Assembly (NCBI GenBank): GCA_002269645.1
Contig: NIVC01003396.1
Location: 2,419 to 66,418 of the forward strand
Length of the DNA stretch: 64,000 bases
Direction of reading: 5' to 3'
Source: Macrostomum lignano
Taxonomy: Eukaryota
A program made the translations under genes and the position numbers. This document shows, one piece after another, positions 1-12,749 of the stretch (the first letter of the stretch is position 1; each line of letters starts with the position of its first letter). The notes below the pieces were generated by a model that had not been told where the DNA came from, ran no database searches, and saw nothing but the letters and a program-made list of their open reading frames with translations.

Positions 1-304
1 TCTAGCAGTTTAATTTAAATTCAGATATGCTTTGTTTTACTTATTGAATTTGACTTTCCATTTAAATTTCAAATTATACAAAGTAAAAACAAATTTTTCA
101 ATTAAGTTTTTCAATTTTCAGTTAATAAACAATTAAAATGAGAACTTTCTGGTATAGGCCGGCTTCTCTGAACTGTAGAGATAACAGAAAGTTTTATTGA
201 GGGCGATAAGGGGGGTTCTGAGATTGAGGGTTGGGTTGCAAGACCTGCTAGCTATTGTAAAACTTGATAGAAAAAGGCAGTGGCTGCCGTCCCGTCCAAC
301 AAGC

Positions 305-375
305 CGCCCACCACCCCAGCCCACCACCCCAGCCCCACCACCCCAGCCCCACCACCCCAGCCCCACCACCCCATC
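305..375. repeat. 14-15-bp C-rich tandem repeat (CCACCACCCCAGC)n
   Basis: About 5 units. Confidence 0.85.
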
Positions 376-778
376 AGAGTGCCTGTGCAGCCAATAGGAG
401 CGGACCCTCCTTTCTTATAACTCAAAGGGTGGACAGCTATATAGAACCACCAGCACGAAGCCCTCTCCCTAGCTTATAACAAACGGCCTTCGCTTCAGCC
501 CCCCCATTTTCGGCCGTAAGAAAATAAAAAGACGCCAAACAAGCTAACACAGGCCATGCAGCACAGTTATCCAAAATCGAGAATTAGAAGGGACCGGAGT
601 GGTTAGTTTAGTGAAATCCTGTTACTTTAGTATTAAGCAACAATAATAACTCGAGAGTATCTATGCTTCATATTATATCCATTGCCTTTAAAGTCAATCA
701 ATCACATGACGGCATTAGCTAATCGGATTCGACATTGTAGCTAATTGACGCAATCAACAACAAATCGAGCGACTAACA

Positions 779-3700
779 ATGTTCGAGCCAGTTTTCTGCC
801 TAATATTTCTGGTAAGCAATTCTTTTTTAATTTGACTTTGGCAGCATGTGGAGTCGTATGTATTAATCGTAAAGTTTATGCTTATCTTCTAGTTTAAAAA
901 AGGTATTTTAAAAGTTGTTATAAAGTGTTAAAGATTCTTTAACAATGAATTTTTTCGGCGCAAATTTGTTTTCGAAGAAAGCTAGCCAATTATCAGTAGC
1001 ACTGACCCACTGAGATGTTTTTATCCTGCTAAACTGATAAACTCTGCTAATTTTAGCGCCATTTTAGCGTCGAATGGGAGATTTTAGCGCCGAATGGGAG
1101 ATTTTAGCACCGAATGGGAGATTTATAGCGCCGAATGGGAGATTTTAGCGCCGAATGTAAGGTTTTAGCGCCGAATGTAAGATTTTAGCGCCGAATGTAA
1201 GGTTTTAGCGCCGAATGTAAGAATTTAGCGCCGAATGGAGGATCTTAGCGCTGAATGAATGCAAGATTTTAGCGCCATTTTTAGCCCTAAAAGTTTAGCG
1301 TCGAATGGGAGATTTCAGCATCGAATGTAAAATTTTAGCGCCGAATGAATGGGAGATTTTAGCGCCGAATGAATGGGAGATTTTATTCCATGCCCGCAAT
1401 GTTTGCCATCAAGACTCAGTACGAAAGAAAGGAAAGGTGATTCAGTGCAGACGCGCGAACCCCTCCTAGGCCCATGCCCCTAGGGTCCGGTTTTGCACGC
1501 CTAATTCCTTCCAATTATGATGCCAAAAGGGTTATCGGAAAGGACTTTGTTTCTTCAGTTTGTGCTCAAACCCTCGTCTCAAGGCTCTCAACATCCCACA
1601 ACACCAAATTCTCTTCCGCTGATTGAATACTCAACGAGTTCTCAATAAGCTCCCCGGCCCTTCATCACTCCCCAATCAATTACCTCTCAGATGGATGTGC
1701 TCACGATCGACAGCGGTTGCCACTAACACTATTACTGGCATATAGTATATCAAGCGAGATATCCTACTACCCTCTAGACGTAAATTAGCTCGCATTGTCA
1801 CATGCTATATGCGAGTTCTATAGAAATTCATGTCTCATTTCTTTACAAAAAAAGTTTTTGTGTGTCGTTGTAATTGTAATTATAGTATTTTACAACGAGT
1901 ATCTATGTAATTATAGTTTTTGTTCAGTAATAATATTTATCAGTCTATAATACCAGCCACGTGTATTAGCCTTAGAAACCAAAGGTAGATTGTCAATACA
2001 ATCATTATATACCACACGATTCTCAATTCCATGATTCTCAATGCCATGATTCTCATTGCCATGATTCTCAATTCCATGATTCTCAATTCTATGATTATCA
2101 ATGCCATGATTTTCAATGCCATGATTCTCAATGCCATGATTCTCAATGCCATGATTCTCAATGCCATGATTCTCAGTTCCATGATTTTCAATAATGCCAT
2201 GATTCTCAATAATGCCATGGTTCTCAATAATGTCATGATTATCAATGCCATGATTTTCAATGCCATGATTCTCAATGCCATGATTCTCAATGCCATGATT
2301 CTCAATGCCATGATTCTCAATGCCATGATTCTCAATGCCATGATTCTCAGTTCCATGATTTTCAATAATGTCACGATTCTCAATAATGCCATGGTTCTCA
2401 ATGATGCCATGATTCTCAATGCCATGATTATCAATGCCATGATTTTCAATGCCATGATTCTCAATGCCATGATTATCAATGCCATGATTTTCAATGCCAT
2501 GATTCTCAATGCCATGATTCTCAATGCCATAATTCTCAATGCCATGATTCTGATTCTCTGATTCTGAATTCCATGATTCTCAATGCCATGATTCTCAATG
2601 CCATGATTCTCAATGCCATGATTCTCATTGCCATGATTCTGAATTCCATGATTCTCAATGCCATAATTCTCAATGCCATGATTCTCATTGCCATGATTCT
2701 GAATTCCATGATTCTCAATGCCATAATTCTCAATGCCATGATTCTCAATGCCATGATTCTCAATGCCATAATTCTAAACGCCATAATTCTCAATGCCATG
2801 ATTCTCAATAATGCCATGATTCTCAATAACCATTCTTTAGCTCATGTTGAAAAACTGTATGAATGCATAAAATTGACCCTGCCAAATCCATCCTGAATTG
2901 AAATTAAGTTGGAATTTGTTTATCTCAGCGAAAAAAATGGTGTGGTGGAATCGCTCACTGCACAATTGCCTCAATTCCCATGGGGGATATTGGCTGTTGT
3001 GATCAGTGGTGGGATACTTGGGTTCGATTGGCTTAATTTTATGCATTATTCGCCTCTACCATGACTCGTATGTATAGTTGATGATAAAATGATACAATCT
3101 ATACAATTGTGCGCCATCACTAGCGTTTGAGTTGATGAAATTAGCCCATTCAATGTAGCTTTTTTGGAGCCTAGCTTAATACCCATCCATCACTGTCTGT
3201 AGGCCATTTTGCTGATACTATTTTCTATATGCTGCAGTTTTTCTACAAAATTTTTCGGTGCATATTGTATCGACTGCTAGGGCGTGTCTGTGCGCGTAAC
3301 TATTAAGTTGTTCGATGTTGCGGTTCCTGCATACTTTTGTCGCTCCTCCAACATTATCTCTGACCTTTTGTCGCTCTTCCAGCACCATCTCTGACCTCTT
3401 GTCGCTCTTCAAACACCATCTCTGACCTCTTGTCGCTCTTCAAACACCATCTCTGACCTCTTGTCGCTCTTCCAGCACCATCTCTGACCTCTTGTCACTC
3501 TTCAACCACCATCTTTGACCTCTTGTCACTCTTCAACCACCATCTTTGACCTCTTGTCACTCTTCAACCACCATCTTTGACCTCTTGTCCCTCTTCAACC
3601 ACCATCTTTGACCTCTTGTCCCTCTTCAACCACCATCTCTGACCTCTTGTCCCTCTTCAACCACCATCTTTGACCTCTTGTCCCTCTTCCAACACCATCT

Positions 3701-6700
3701 TTGACCTCTTGTCCCTCTTCAAACACCATCTTTGACCTCTTGTCCCTCTTCAACCACCATCTTTGACCTCTTGTCCCTCTTCAACCACCATCTTTGACCT
3801 CTTGTCCCTCTTCAACCACCATCTTTGACCTCTTGTCCCTCTTCCAACACCATCTTTGACCTCTTGTCCCTCTTCAACCACCATCTTTGACCTCTTGTCC
3901 CTCTTCAACCACCATCTTTGACCTCTTGTCCCTCTTCAACCACCATCTTTGACCTCTTGTCCCTCTTCCAACACCATCTTTGACCTCTTGTCCCTCTTCA
4001 AACACCATCTTTGACCTCTTGTCCCTCTTCAAACACCATCTTTGACCTCTTGTCCCTCTTCAACCACCATCTTTGACCTCTTGTCCCTCTTCAACCACCA
4101 TCTTTGACCTCTTGTCCCTCTTCAACCACCATCTTTGACCTCTTGTCCCTCTTCAACCACCATCTTTGACCTCTTGTCCCTCTTCAACCACCATCTTTGA
4201 CCTCTTGTCCCTCTTCAACCACCATCTTTGACCTCTTGTCCCTCTTCAACCACCATCTCTGACCTCTTGTCCCTCTTCAACCACCATCTTTGACCTCTTG
4301 TCCCTCTTCCAACACCATCTTTGACCTCTTGTCCCTCTTCAAACACCATCTTTGACCTCTTGTCCCTCTTCAACCACCATCTTTGACCTCTTGTCCCTCT
4401 TCAACCACCATCTTTGACCTCTTGTCCCTCTTCAACCACCATCTTTGACCTCTTGTCCCTCTTCCAACACCATCTTTGACCTCTTGTCCCTCTTCAAACA
4501 CCATCTTTGACCTCTTGTCCCTCTTCAAACACCATCTTTGACCTCTTGTCCCTCTTCAACCACCATCTTTGACCTCTTGTCCCTCTTCAACCACCATCTT
4601 TGACCTCTTGTCCCTCTTCAACCACCATCTTTGACCTCTTGTCCCTCTTCAACCACCATCTTTGACCTCTTGTCCCTCTTCAACCACCATCTTTGACCTC
4701 TTGTCCCTCTTCAACCACCATCTTTGACCTCTTGTCCCTCTTCAACCACCATCTTTGACCTCTTGTCCCTCTTCAACCACCATCTTTGACCTCTTGTCCC
4801 TCTTCAACCACCATCTTTGACCTCTTGTCCCTCTTCAACCACCATCTTTGACCTCTTGTCCCTCTTCAACCACCATCTCTGACCTCTTGTCCCTCTTCAA
4901 CCACCATCTTTGACCTCTTGTCCCTCTTCAACCACCATCTTTGACCTCTTGTCCCTCTTCCAACACCATCTCTGACCTCTTGTCCCTCTTCCAACACCAT
5001 CTCTGACCTCTTGTCCCTCTTCAAACACCATCTCTGACCTCTTGTCCCTCTTCAACCACCATCTTTGACCTCTTGTCCCTCTTCAACCACCATCTTTGAC
5101 CTCTTGTCCCTCTTCCAACACCATCTTTGACCTCTTGTCCCTCTTCAACCACCATCTTTGACCTCTTGTCCCTCTTCAACCACCATCTTTGACCTCTTGT
5201 CCCTCTTCCAACACCATCTTTGACCTCTTGTCCCTCTTCAACCACCATCTTTGACCTCTTGTCCCTCTTCCAACACCATCTTTGACCTCTTGTCCCTCTT
5301 CCAACACCATCTTTGACCTCTTGTCCCTCTTCAACCACCATCTCTGACCTCTTGTCACTCTTCCAGCACCATCTCTGACCTCTTGTCGCTCTTCCAGCAC
5401 CATCTCTGACCTCTTGTCGCTCTTCCAGCACCGTCTCTGACCTCTTGTCGCTCTTCAAACACCATCTCTGACCTCTTGTCCCTCTTCCAACACCATCTCT
5501 GACCTTTTTATAACTTTTGTATGCTCTCTGAATGATTGATATTTGCTTCTTATTTTTATAATAAATTTCAGGATCAATAAAGTGATTACGTGTTTCGATA
5601 TTTTTGTTATAAATTTATGTTGGCCTGTTTAGAAATTGTTTCGCAAAAATGTAGCAAGCCTAGCAAGGTGCTATTTCTATTGTTTAGCCCCTTAAGCCTC
5701 TCGCAGTTAATTCTACTTTTCTTATTTAAGCATAAAATTGAAAGCACCTGTTTATCTAATAATTAGCATAATTGATGAGAATGCCAGGAAACTATTCAAG
5801 ATCAATGCACAACGTGCCATCAATTTTTACATTTTCCAGTTGAAAGTTGAACCCAAACCTTAGGGGGTTTGTTTACTTCCATTGCCCTTTGCCATATACA
5901 GGTATGTATAAGCACTGGCCCCAGGTGCAATATGCCCTGTAGGAAATTATTTTCCAATTTTCATCACCTATGCCTGCCATGGAGATTTAACAGCGGCTGC
6001 ATGTAGCTGTTTCCTTCCAACAACAGCAACAACAACAACACGACCCGTCATCGAGGCCTGTTGCAGGCTATTTGGGTACCTATTTTATGCCTACAGGTTG
6101 CTAGTCATTTGCCTACCTGCACAGTGCACAACATTGCAGCAGTTCAGACCCTGTGTTTGTTATACGCTCAAGTTCCGCGAATCTTTATAAGAATCTATCT
6201 ACCTATCTACCTAGCTATCCGGCTTCGCTGTTGCTTTCACTTTTCTCTTTCGGCAGCATCAGCAACTTTCTTTCGCGGGGCTGAAGTTTTGGCAGAATTG
6301 CCTTCCCGTTCGGGTATCAGCAATTAGTTGGTAGGCGGGAAGGTTGGGCGTCGGCTATAGGATATTAGGGGTAGCGGTTCCTGAAAGTAGTCCAGCCAAG
6401 CCTCCCATTAGATCTGCTTCATCATCCTGATTGCTCCGAAGGCCTGTTTCTTCTATTTCTAAAAAGCCGCTCTGTCTGGATGGCAGACGCTATTACCGCG
6501 GCTTTGTGGTTCAGTACTGAATTCCTTCGACTGATTTTTGCCCCCGTCTTCTCTTCCACATCCGGTTTACGGTGCATCTAAAGAGGCTCTGTGCTGTCTA
6601 GCGCTGAGATTCTTTGCGCGTAATGCTTGCACTTTTTGTTACCTGGGTGCGGTTGTATGTTTTTAAGAAAAGAAGAAAATCTACTAGAAAAGTTCAAATT

Positions 6701-9700
6701 AGATTTTATTTTGTGACAGCTAATTGTGAGGGATCCATGGATGCTTTTGGTTTAAGGGTGTGACAGAGTAGTGGCGCAAGGAGGACGTTACCAAATGTTG
6801 GGCAAAAATGATGTCATACAAGGAACGCTAGGTTGACGTCACTAAGGACAAGGATAATGCCAGTGAGGAGCCTCAGAATGACGTTTGAATGAAGGAGTGC
6901 TAGAGGGACGTCAGTAAGAAGTGCTGGAGTGACATCAGTAAGGAGTGCTATAGTAACGTCACTAAGGAGTGCTGGAGTGACGTCAGTAAGGAGTGCTAGT
7001 GTGACGTCAGTAAGGAGTGCTAGTGTGACGTCAGTAAGGAGTGCTAGTGTGACGTCAGTAAGGAGTGCTAGTGTGACGTCAGTGAGGAGTGCTAGTGTGA
7101 CGTCAGTAAGGAGTGCTAGTGTGACGTCAGTAAGGAGTGCTAGTGTGACGTCAGTAAGGAGTGCTAGAGTGACGTCACTAAGGAGTGCTAGAGGGACGTC
7201 AGTGAGAAGTGCTAGAGTGACGTCACTAAGGAGTGCTAGAGTGACGTCACTAAGGAGTGCTAGAGGGACGTCAGTGAGAAGTGCTAGAGTGACGTCACTA
7301 AGGAGTGCTAGAGTGACGTCAGTGAGAAGTGATAGAGTGACGTTAGTAAGAAGTGCTAGAGTAACGTCATTAAGGGGTGCTAGAGTAAGAAGTGACGCTA
7401 GTAAGTGACATTAGTAAGGAAGTAAGGAGGGCTAGAGTGACGTCAAGAAGCGCGAGAATGGTGTCAGTAAGGACAAGGAGCGCCAGGATGACTTCAGTAA
7501 AAAATTGGCTTCAGCAGCAACAGTGACAGTGGTGGGCTATTGGGCGGCAACTTCAGAGTAAACATTTTTCTTTCTCACTATTGATGCTTTTTAGAAAAGC
7601 GACTAATGGTTTTAACATGCACTTTCTTACTGAACTGCCACACAGCTTCCAGTAAAATCAAATTGGTACAAATCGCTCTCATCAATCACTTGAGAATAGT
7701 AGAGTTAGAGTTAAAGCAAGCTTGACATGGCAGCTGATTGGTTTTAGGGATAAGCTTTACGTTCTTTATATGTACGATATAAAGTGAGATGGTAGATAGG
7801 AGCAGCTTTTTTGAGACTTCGAGGTCCCCATGGGATCGAGCGGAGCTCAAACGAAATCCTAGTTAGTCAAAGATTTCCACACTTTTTACAATTGTTATTT
7901 ATGTACTCTAAAACTTTCAGGCTGGTTCGAAACAGTCAAAATCAAATAAAACATCAACATATCTTCCCTACCATTTACACTGAGTCTCTCTGACCTTAGC
8001 TTGTACAGAAGTTGCAGAAAGTCTGCAGACTTCATGTTTACAGCTTACTCAAATTTGGCACTCGATAAAGGTCGTGAAATTCCAAAAATCAAGAATCAAG
8101 TATCACATAACAAAACCAACCGTCTATAGTACCATATCTTAAATAGGCTTGCAGCAATCCTGTTTTGATGCCTTGACATAATGCTACAAGTTCACTTGTA
8201 CAGAATGCTCAGTAAATTCCCTACCAAATTTTTTTGAACTTCGCAGCTCATCACTGCAGCCAGTTTTGTCACGGGCAGCCTCACCGCATGCGGCTACTGC
8301 ATGTGCGAGCGCTCGTCAGTGTCCTGCGATTTCGGCTCAGTCCACGATCGAATCAAGCCAGGCTTCGATCTGTCGGATTTCATACCGAATGCGGACAGTC
8401 TCAAACGGGTCGGCGTTGACCCGTCCAACTTTGAGGATCTGTACGTGAATTGCAAGAACAGCCGAGCTCTGGTGAACCAGACTCTCTCTAGGGACATGCT
8501 GAGCCAGTTTTCCCGGCTCAAGTTGATCACCATCGTTCGGTGCGACCTAACCAGAATCGAGCCGGACGCATTCGAGGGACTCTACATTCTGGAAAAGTTC
8601 GACGCCAGCGACAACAACTTGGAGCTGCTGCCGCCAGCGCTGTTCGGCCAACGCACTCTGAGCATCCTGAAGCTCAGCGAGAACCCTCGGCTCCGCTTGG
8701 ATCCGCGGGTGTTTCGGGGTCTCACCCTCGAGCGTCTGGTGCTGTCGCGTTGTCAACTGACAGAGTTTCCTCTTGGCGCTCTGTTCCCTATTAGGGGACT
8801 TCGCGAGCTCACTTTGTCCGAGAATGAAATCCAATTGGTGCCCAGAGATGCTCAGGTGCTCATCGCCAATTTGACAATATTGTACTTGGACGGCAATCCG
8901 ATTGAGTGCACCTGCGCAAACAGGTGGCTTAGAGAATCAGTGGATTGGGCGAAGCTGTCACCGTCTGTTAGCAGGGTAAGTGAGGCTGACTTCGGAGCTA
9001 AGAAGCTGTCGGAAAATCAGTCATGTTGATCCACTGCTCAAGTCAAAGTGCTCCTGTGCTCAATTATAAAGCTCATCTTGCCCAATGTTATTCTCTGCTC
9101 TATCATCGTTCTCCTGTACTCAATCATCGTTCTCCTGTACTCAATAATCGTTCTCCTGTACTCAATCATCGTTCTCCTGTACTCAATAATCGTTCTCCTG
9201 TACTCAATCATCCAATGCTCCTGTACTCAATCATCGTTCTCCTGTACTCAATCATCGTGCTCCAGTACTCAATCATCGTGCTCCTGTACTCAACCATGGT
9301 GTATAGTATACTACTAGCAATCTTGCAAAACACCCGCAGATATCCAAGCTGCCCACCTGCAAGTCGCCATTCAGCCTGATGGACATCGAGCTCACCAAAG
9401 TTGAGCCGTCGAAATTTCTCTGCCCGCCGCCTCGGATCTCCGGCGTTGACCTTCGCATGTCCTCAGACTCCGCTCTGTTGGAGTGCTCAGCAGACGGCGA
9501 GGCCAGCCAGTCTTTAACAGCTCAGAGAATCGCCTGGTCCTACCGGAACTTGGCAATCTCCGAAGTCACTTTACCAGCTCCAAACGGTCCCCGATTCGTC
9601 AAGACGCTGCGCCGTCGTCCGGGCAGCTTGAAGGATCAGCTGATAGTGTACGCATCAGCAACTGACGGTCACTCCGCATCTATCAATGTCAGCCTGCGCT

Positions 9701-10290
9701 GGCCAACGAACCCAGCCGCGACAACAACAAGAATGACCCCGGCTCGGCTGCCAGCTGACGATGATGACAAAAATCCGTCCGTAGCGCTCATCCCCGAGCC
9801 AGTTGACGACAAGACCCGACCAGTCGATCGGCATGGCCTAAACCAATCCGATTACTACGCCGCTAAACAGTTCACTCTGCTAGAAATGATTGTCGCCGTG
9901 ATTGGCACCTTCCTGACTACTAGTCTGGCCTTCCTGCTGTGCTGCCAGTTCGCCAGGTGGTATCGGAGACGCGACCGGAAGCGTTGGCTGCCTGCCAGCG
10001 CCGCTGGCTACGCTGGCGCGACCACCTACGGCTACAGCCTGCACCATCCGCATCAGACGGGCTCGCTGTCGCAGCACGAATACGACGTGCCCCGTCTGGA
10101 CCATCAGCATCCGTTGCATCTGCCGCCGCCGCCGCATCAGCAGCAGCAGCAGCCGCCAACTCTGCCGCTGAAGCTGCCATCATCGGCTAGCGTTGTCAAC
10201 GGAGGCGGAGGCGGCATTGTGGTCGCCACGGCCGCTAATAGCAACGAATTCTTGGACTTTAGCAATCCAAGATTGAAGTACAATGTGTGA
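779..10290 (+). CDS. LRR + Ig-like single-pass transmembrane receptor (LIG-type), ~570 aa; exons 779-811, 8247-8975, 9340-10290
   Basis: Exon 1 encodes MFEPVFCLIFL and ends at CTG|GTAAGC. It joins in phase 0 to TTCGCAG|CTC at 8247, giving a signal peptide (MFEPVFCLIFLLITAASFVTG) then LRRNT (CGYCMC..VSC) and ~6 LRRs (LEKFDASDNNL, LSILKLSENP, LERLVLSRCQL, LRELTLSENEI, LTILYLDGNP). LRRCT is split by a phase-0 intron (NPIECTC..SVSR|ISKLPTCKSP..FLCPPP; donor AGG|GTAAG at 8976, acceptor CCCGCAG| ending 9339). Then an Ig-like segment, a TM helix (MIVAVIGTFLTTSLAFLLCC) and a cytoplasmic tail, stop TGA at 10290. Exon 1 is the least certain part. Confidence 0.85.
1050..1380. repeat. ~20-bp minisatellite (TTTTAGCGCCGAATGGGAGA)n
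   Basis: Direct tandem units in LRR gene intron 1. Confidence 0.9.
2020..2830. repeat. 15-bp minisatellite (ATGCCATGATTCTCA)n
   Basis: Direct tandem units; source of the MILNA/MALRI pseudo-ORFs. Confidence 0.95.
3355..5505. repeat. 31-bp minisatellite (TCTTCAACCACCATCTTTGACCTCTTGTCCC)n
   Basis: About 69 units, with diverged units at both edges. Confidence 0.97.
6830..7445. repeat. 24-bp minisatellite (GTGACGTCAGTAAGGAGTGCTAGT)n containing TGACGTCA
   Basis: Direct tandem units. Confidence 0.95.
9100..9295. repeat. 21-bp intronic repeat (CTCCTGTACTCAATCATCGTT)n
   Basis: Inside intron 8976-9339. Confidence 0.9.
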
Positions 10291-10429
10291 TAAACATTTT
10301 GCTCACGTATGTGTTCTGTAGGGTTTTGTATCATAGACTCGGCTTAGTGGTTTTATGTTATACAGAAGCGCTTGTGGAGTTATCCACGAATCTCATGCTC
10401 ATTACAGAATTAGTGTGTACGAATCTCAG

Positions 10430-11430
10430 CATATGAATCTCATCCCTGACAAGATAGAGACGAATCTCAGCCCTGACAAGATAGAGACGAATCTCAGCCC
10501 TGACAAGATAGAGACGAATCTCGGCCCTGACAAGATAGAGACGAATCTCAGCCCTGACAAGATAGAGACGAATCTCAGCCCTGACACGATAGAGACGAAT
10601 CTCAGCCCTGACAAGATAGACACGAATCTCAGCCCTGACAAGATAGAGACGAATCTCAGCCCTGACAAGATAGAGACGAATCTCAGCCCTGACAAGATAG
10701 AGACGAATCTCAGCCCTGACAAGATAGAGACGAATCTCAGCCCTGACAAGATAGAGACGAATCTCAGCCCTGACAAGATAGACACGAATCTCAGCCCTGA
10801 CACGTTAGACACGAATCTCATCCCTGACAAGATAGAGACGAATCTCAGCCCTGACAAGATAGAGACGAATCTCAGCCCTGACAAGATAGAGACGAATCTC
10901 AGCCCTGACACATTAGACACGAATCTCAGCCCTGAAACGTTAGAGACGAATCTCACCCTGACAAGTTGGAGACGAATCTCAGCCCTGACAAGATAGAGAC
11001 GAATCTCAGCCCTGACAAGATAGAGACGAATCTCAGCCCTGACAAGATAGAGACGAATCTCAGCCCTGACACATTAGACACGAATCTCAGCCCTGAAACG
11101 TTAGAGACGAATCTCACCCTGACAAGTTGGAGACGAATCTCAGCCCTGACAAGATAGAGACGAATCTCAGCCCTGACAAGATAGAGACGAATCTCAGCCC
11201 TGACAAGATAGAGACGAATCTCAGCCCTGACAAGATAGAGACGAATCTCAGCCCTGACAAGATAGAGACGAATCTCAGCCCTGACAAGATAGAGACGAAT
11301 CTCAGCCCTGACAAGATAGAGACGAATCTCAGCCCTGACAAGATAGAGACGAATCTCAGCCCTGACACATTAGACACGAATCTCACCCCTGAAACGTTAG
11401 AGACGAAACTCACCCTGACAAGTTGGAGAA
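10430..11430. repeat. 27-bp minisatellite (GACGAATCTCAGCCCTGACAAGATAGA)n
   Basis: Direct units starting ~140 bp after the LRR gene stop. Confidence 0.95.
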
Positions 11431-11769
11431 GAATTTCACCCCTAACAGAGATTAGTTAATGTTTTTTCTATCAATGCCCCCCCCCCCCTGCCGTTAAGTT
11501 AAACTGAATTTTTGTACATTTCAAATGTACTTTTTGTTGTGGCTGCAGCTACCCACCAAAGCGGCTTTCAATTCAACTGTCAATCACTCTGAGTTAACAA
11601 TTTGTAGGCTTCAAGTAGATTATGTAATCTGTACATCCACACTTGCTGTACTGTACAGCAATTGCTTTCAGCTAGTGCGCTGTTGATCTGCCTTGCCGAA
11701 TAGAAACTCTGAGCTGCATTGTTTCTCTTTTTTGCCACTAATTTTGCCAAGCTTTTCTGCTTTCCGCTG

Positions 11770-12030
11770 GAATCCCGTCTGTTATTCGCCCCCTGTCTGT
11801 TATCCGCCCCCTGACTGTTATCCACCCCCTGTCTGTTATCCGCCCCCTGACTGTTATCCGCCCCCTGACTGTTATCCGCCCCCTGACTGTTATCCACCCC
11901 CTGTCTGCTATCCTCCCCCTGTCTGTTATCCGACCCCTGTCTGTTATCCGCCCCCTGACTGTTATCCGCCCCCTGACTGTTATCCTCCCCCTGTCTGTTA
12001 TCCGCCCGCCCCTGTCTCATCCGCCCCCTG
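11770..12030. repeat. 18-bp minisatellite (CTGTTATCCGCCCCCTGA)n
   Basis: Direct tandem units. Confidence 0.9.
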
Positions 12031-12384
12031 TCTGTTTTCCACCCTTTAAAGTAATTTGAAATGAACCTGCGCAGTTTAAAAATATTTTTTGTTTTAACTT
12101 TAAACTCGAGTATTTCGCTTAATTTTTTAAAAACCCAAAAATTCGTATTAGAATATTTTCTTGCATTATTCAATTTCTGTTTGAGTTCGACATTCGCGAT
12201 CAAAATAGCAGAAAATTTATTAAATTGAATTTGATTGATAAATATACTCATAAAGCAACTTCGATTTCATTCATAAATGGATTATTAAATTATTAGCAAA
12301 TCGATGTGACGCTAATTATACGCGAATATGCATGCATTTTTTCTATCATTATTTAACCATAGATAACGACCCCACGTTCGGTCC

Positions 12385-12520
12385 CTGACATGTCTATATG
12401 CCTGACAACTAGAAAGTCAGGACCGCTGTTCACTCTGTGCGAGCTGTGTATGAGTGCCTGCGTACAGTATTGGCGCGCTTGTGTGTGCTCAGGAGTGAGC
12501 GGAATGAGCAGAATGGGCCA
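12385..12520 (+). mobile_element. SINE family body fragment
   Basis: GACCGCTGTTCACTCTGTGCGAG..GCCTGCGTACAGTATTGGCGCGCTTGTGTGTGCTCAGGAGTGAGCGGAATGAGCAGAAT matches the 37535-37893 copy. Confidence 0.65.
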
Positions 12521-12749
12521 TAAGAGTTATTTTCAGCAATGAATTGTTTTCCATACAGGACTTTCGGCTTTCGAACAACTCTGAACCAATCGCATACTGT
12601 GTGCTGTGCATTTGCGAGCGAGGTTTCAAATGACCTTCAGATGGTCAGAAAGTGAAAGAGTAATAAAATCGTCCATTTTGATTGGCCCAAATCCTGGAAA
12701 TGCATTTTGAGGGGCATTTTTAATCCTCCAAATTCAAGCCAAAGGAGAC

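Noticed and set aside
6007-6096. Possible extra exon (..GLLQAIWVPILCLQ|GT) for the LRR gene signal peptide
   Set aside because: There is no in-frame ATG (ATG TAG precedes it) and the donor is weak. The 779-811 exon has a strong donor and gives a cleaner signal peptide.
9865-9905. KQFTLLEMIVAV resembles a type IV prepilin N-terminal motif
   Set aside because: It lacks the cleavage-site Gly, lies internally as the start of the TM helix of an animal LRR receptor, and has no bacterial context.
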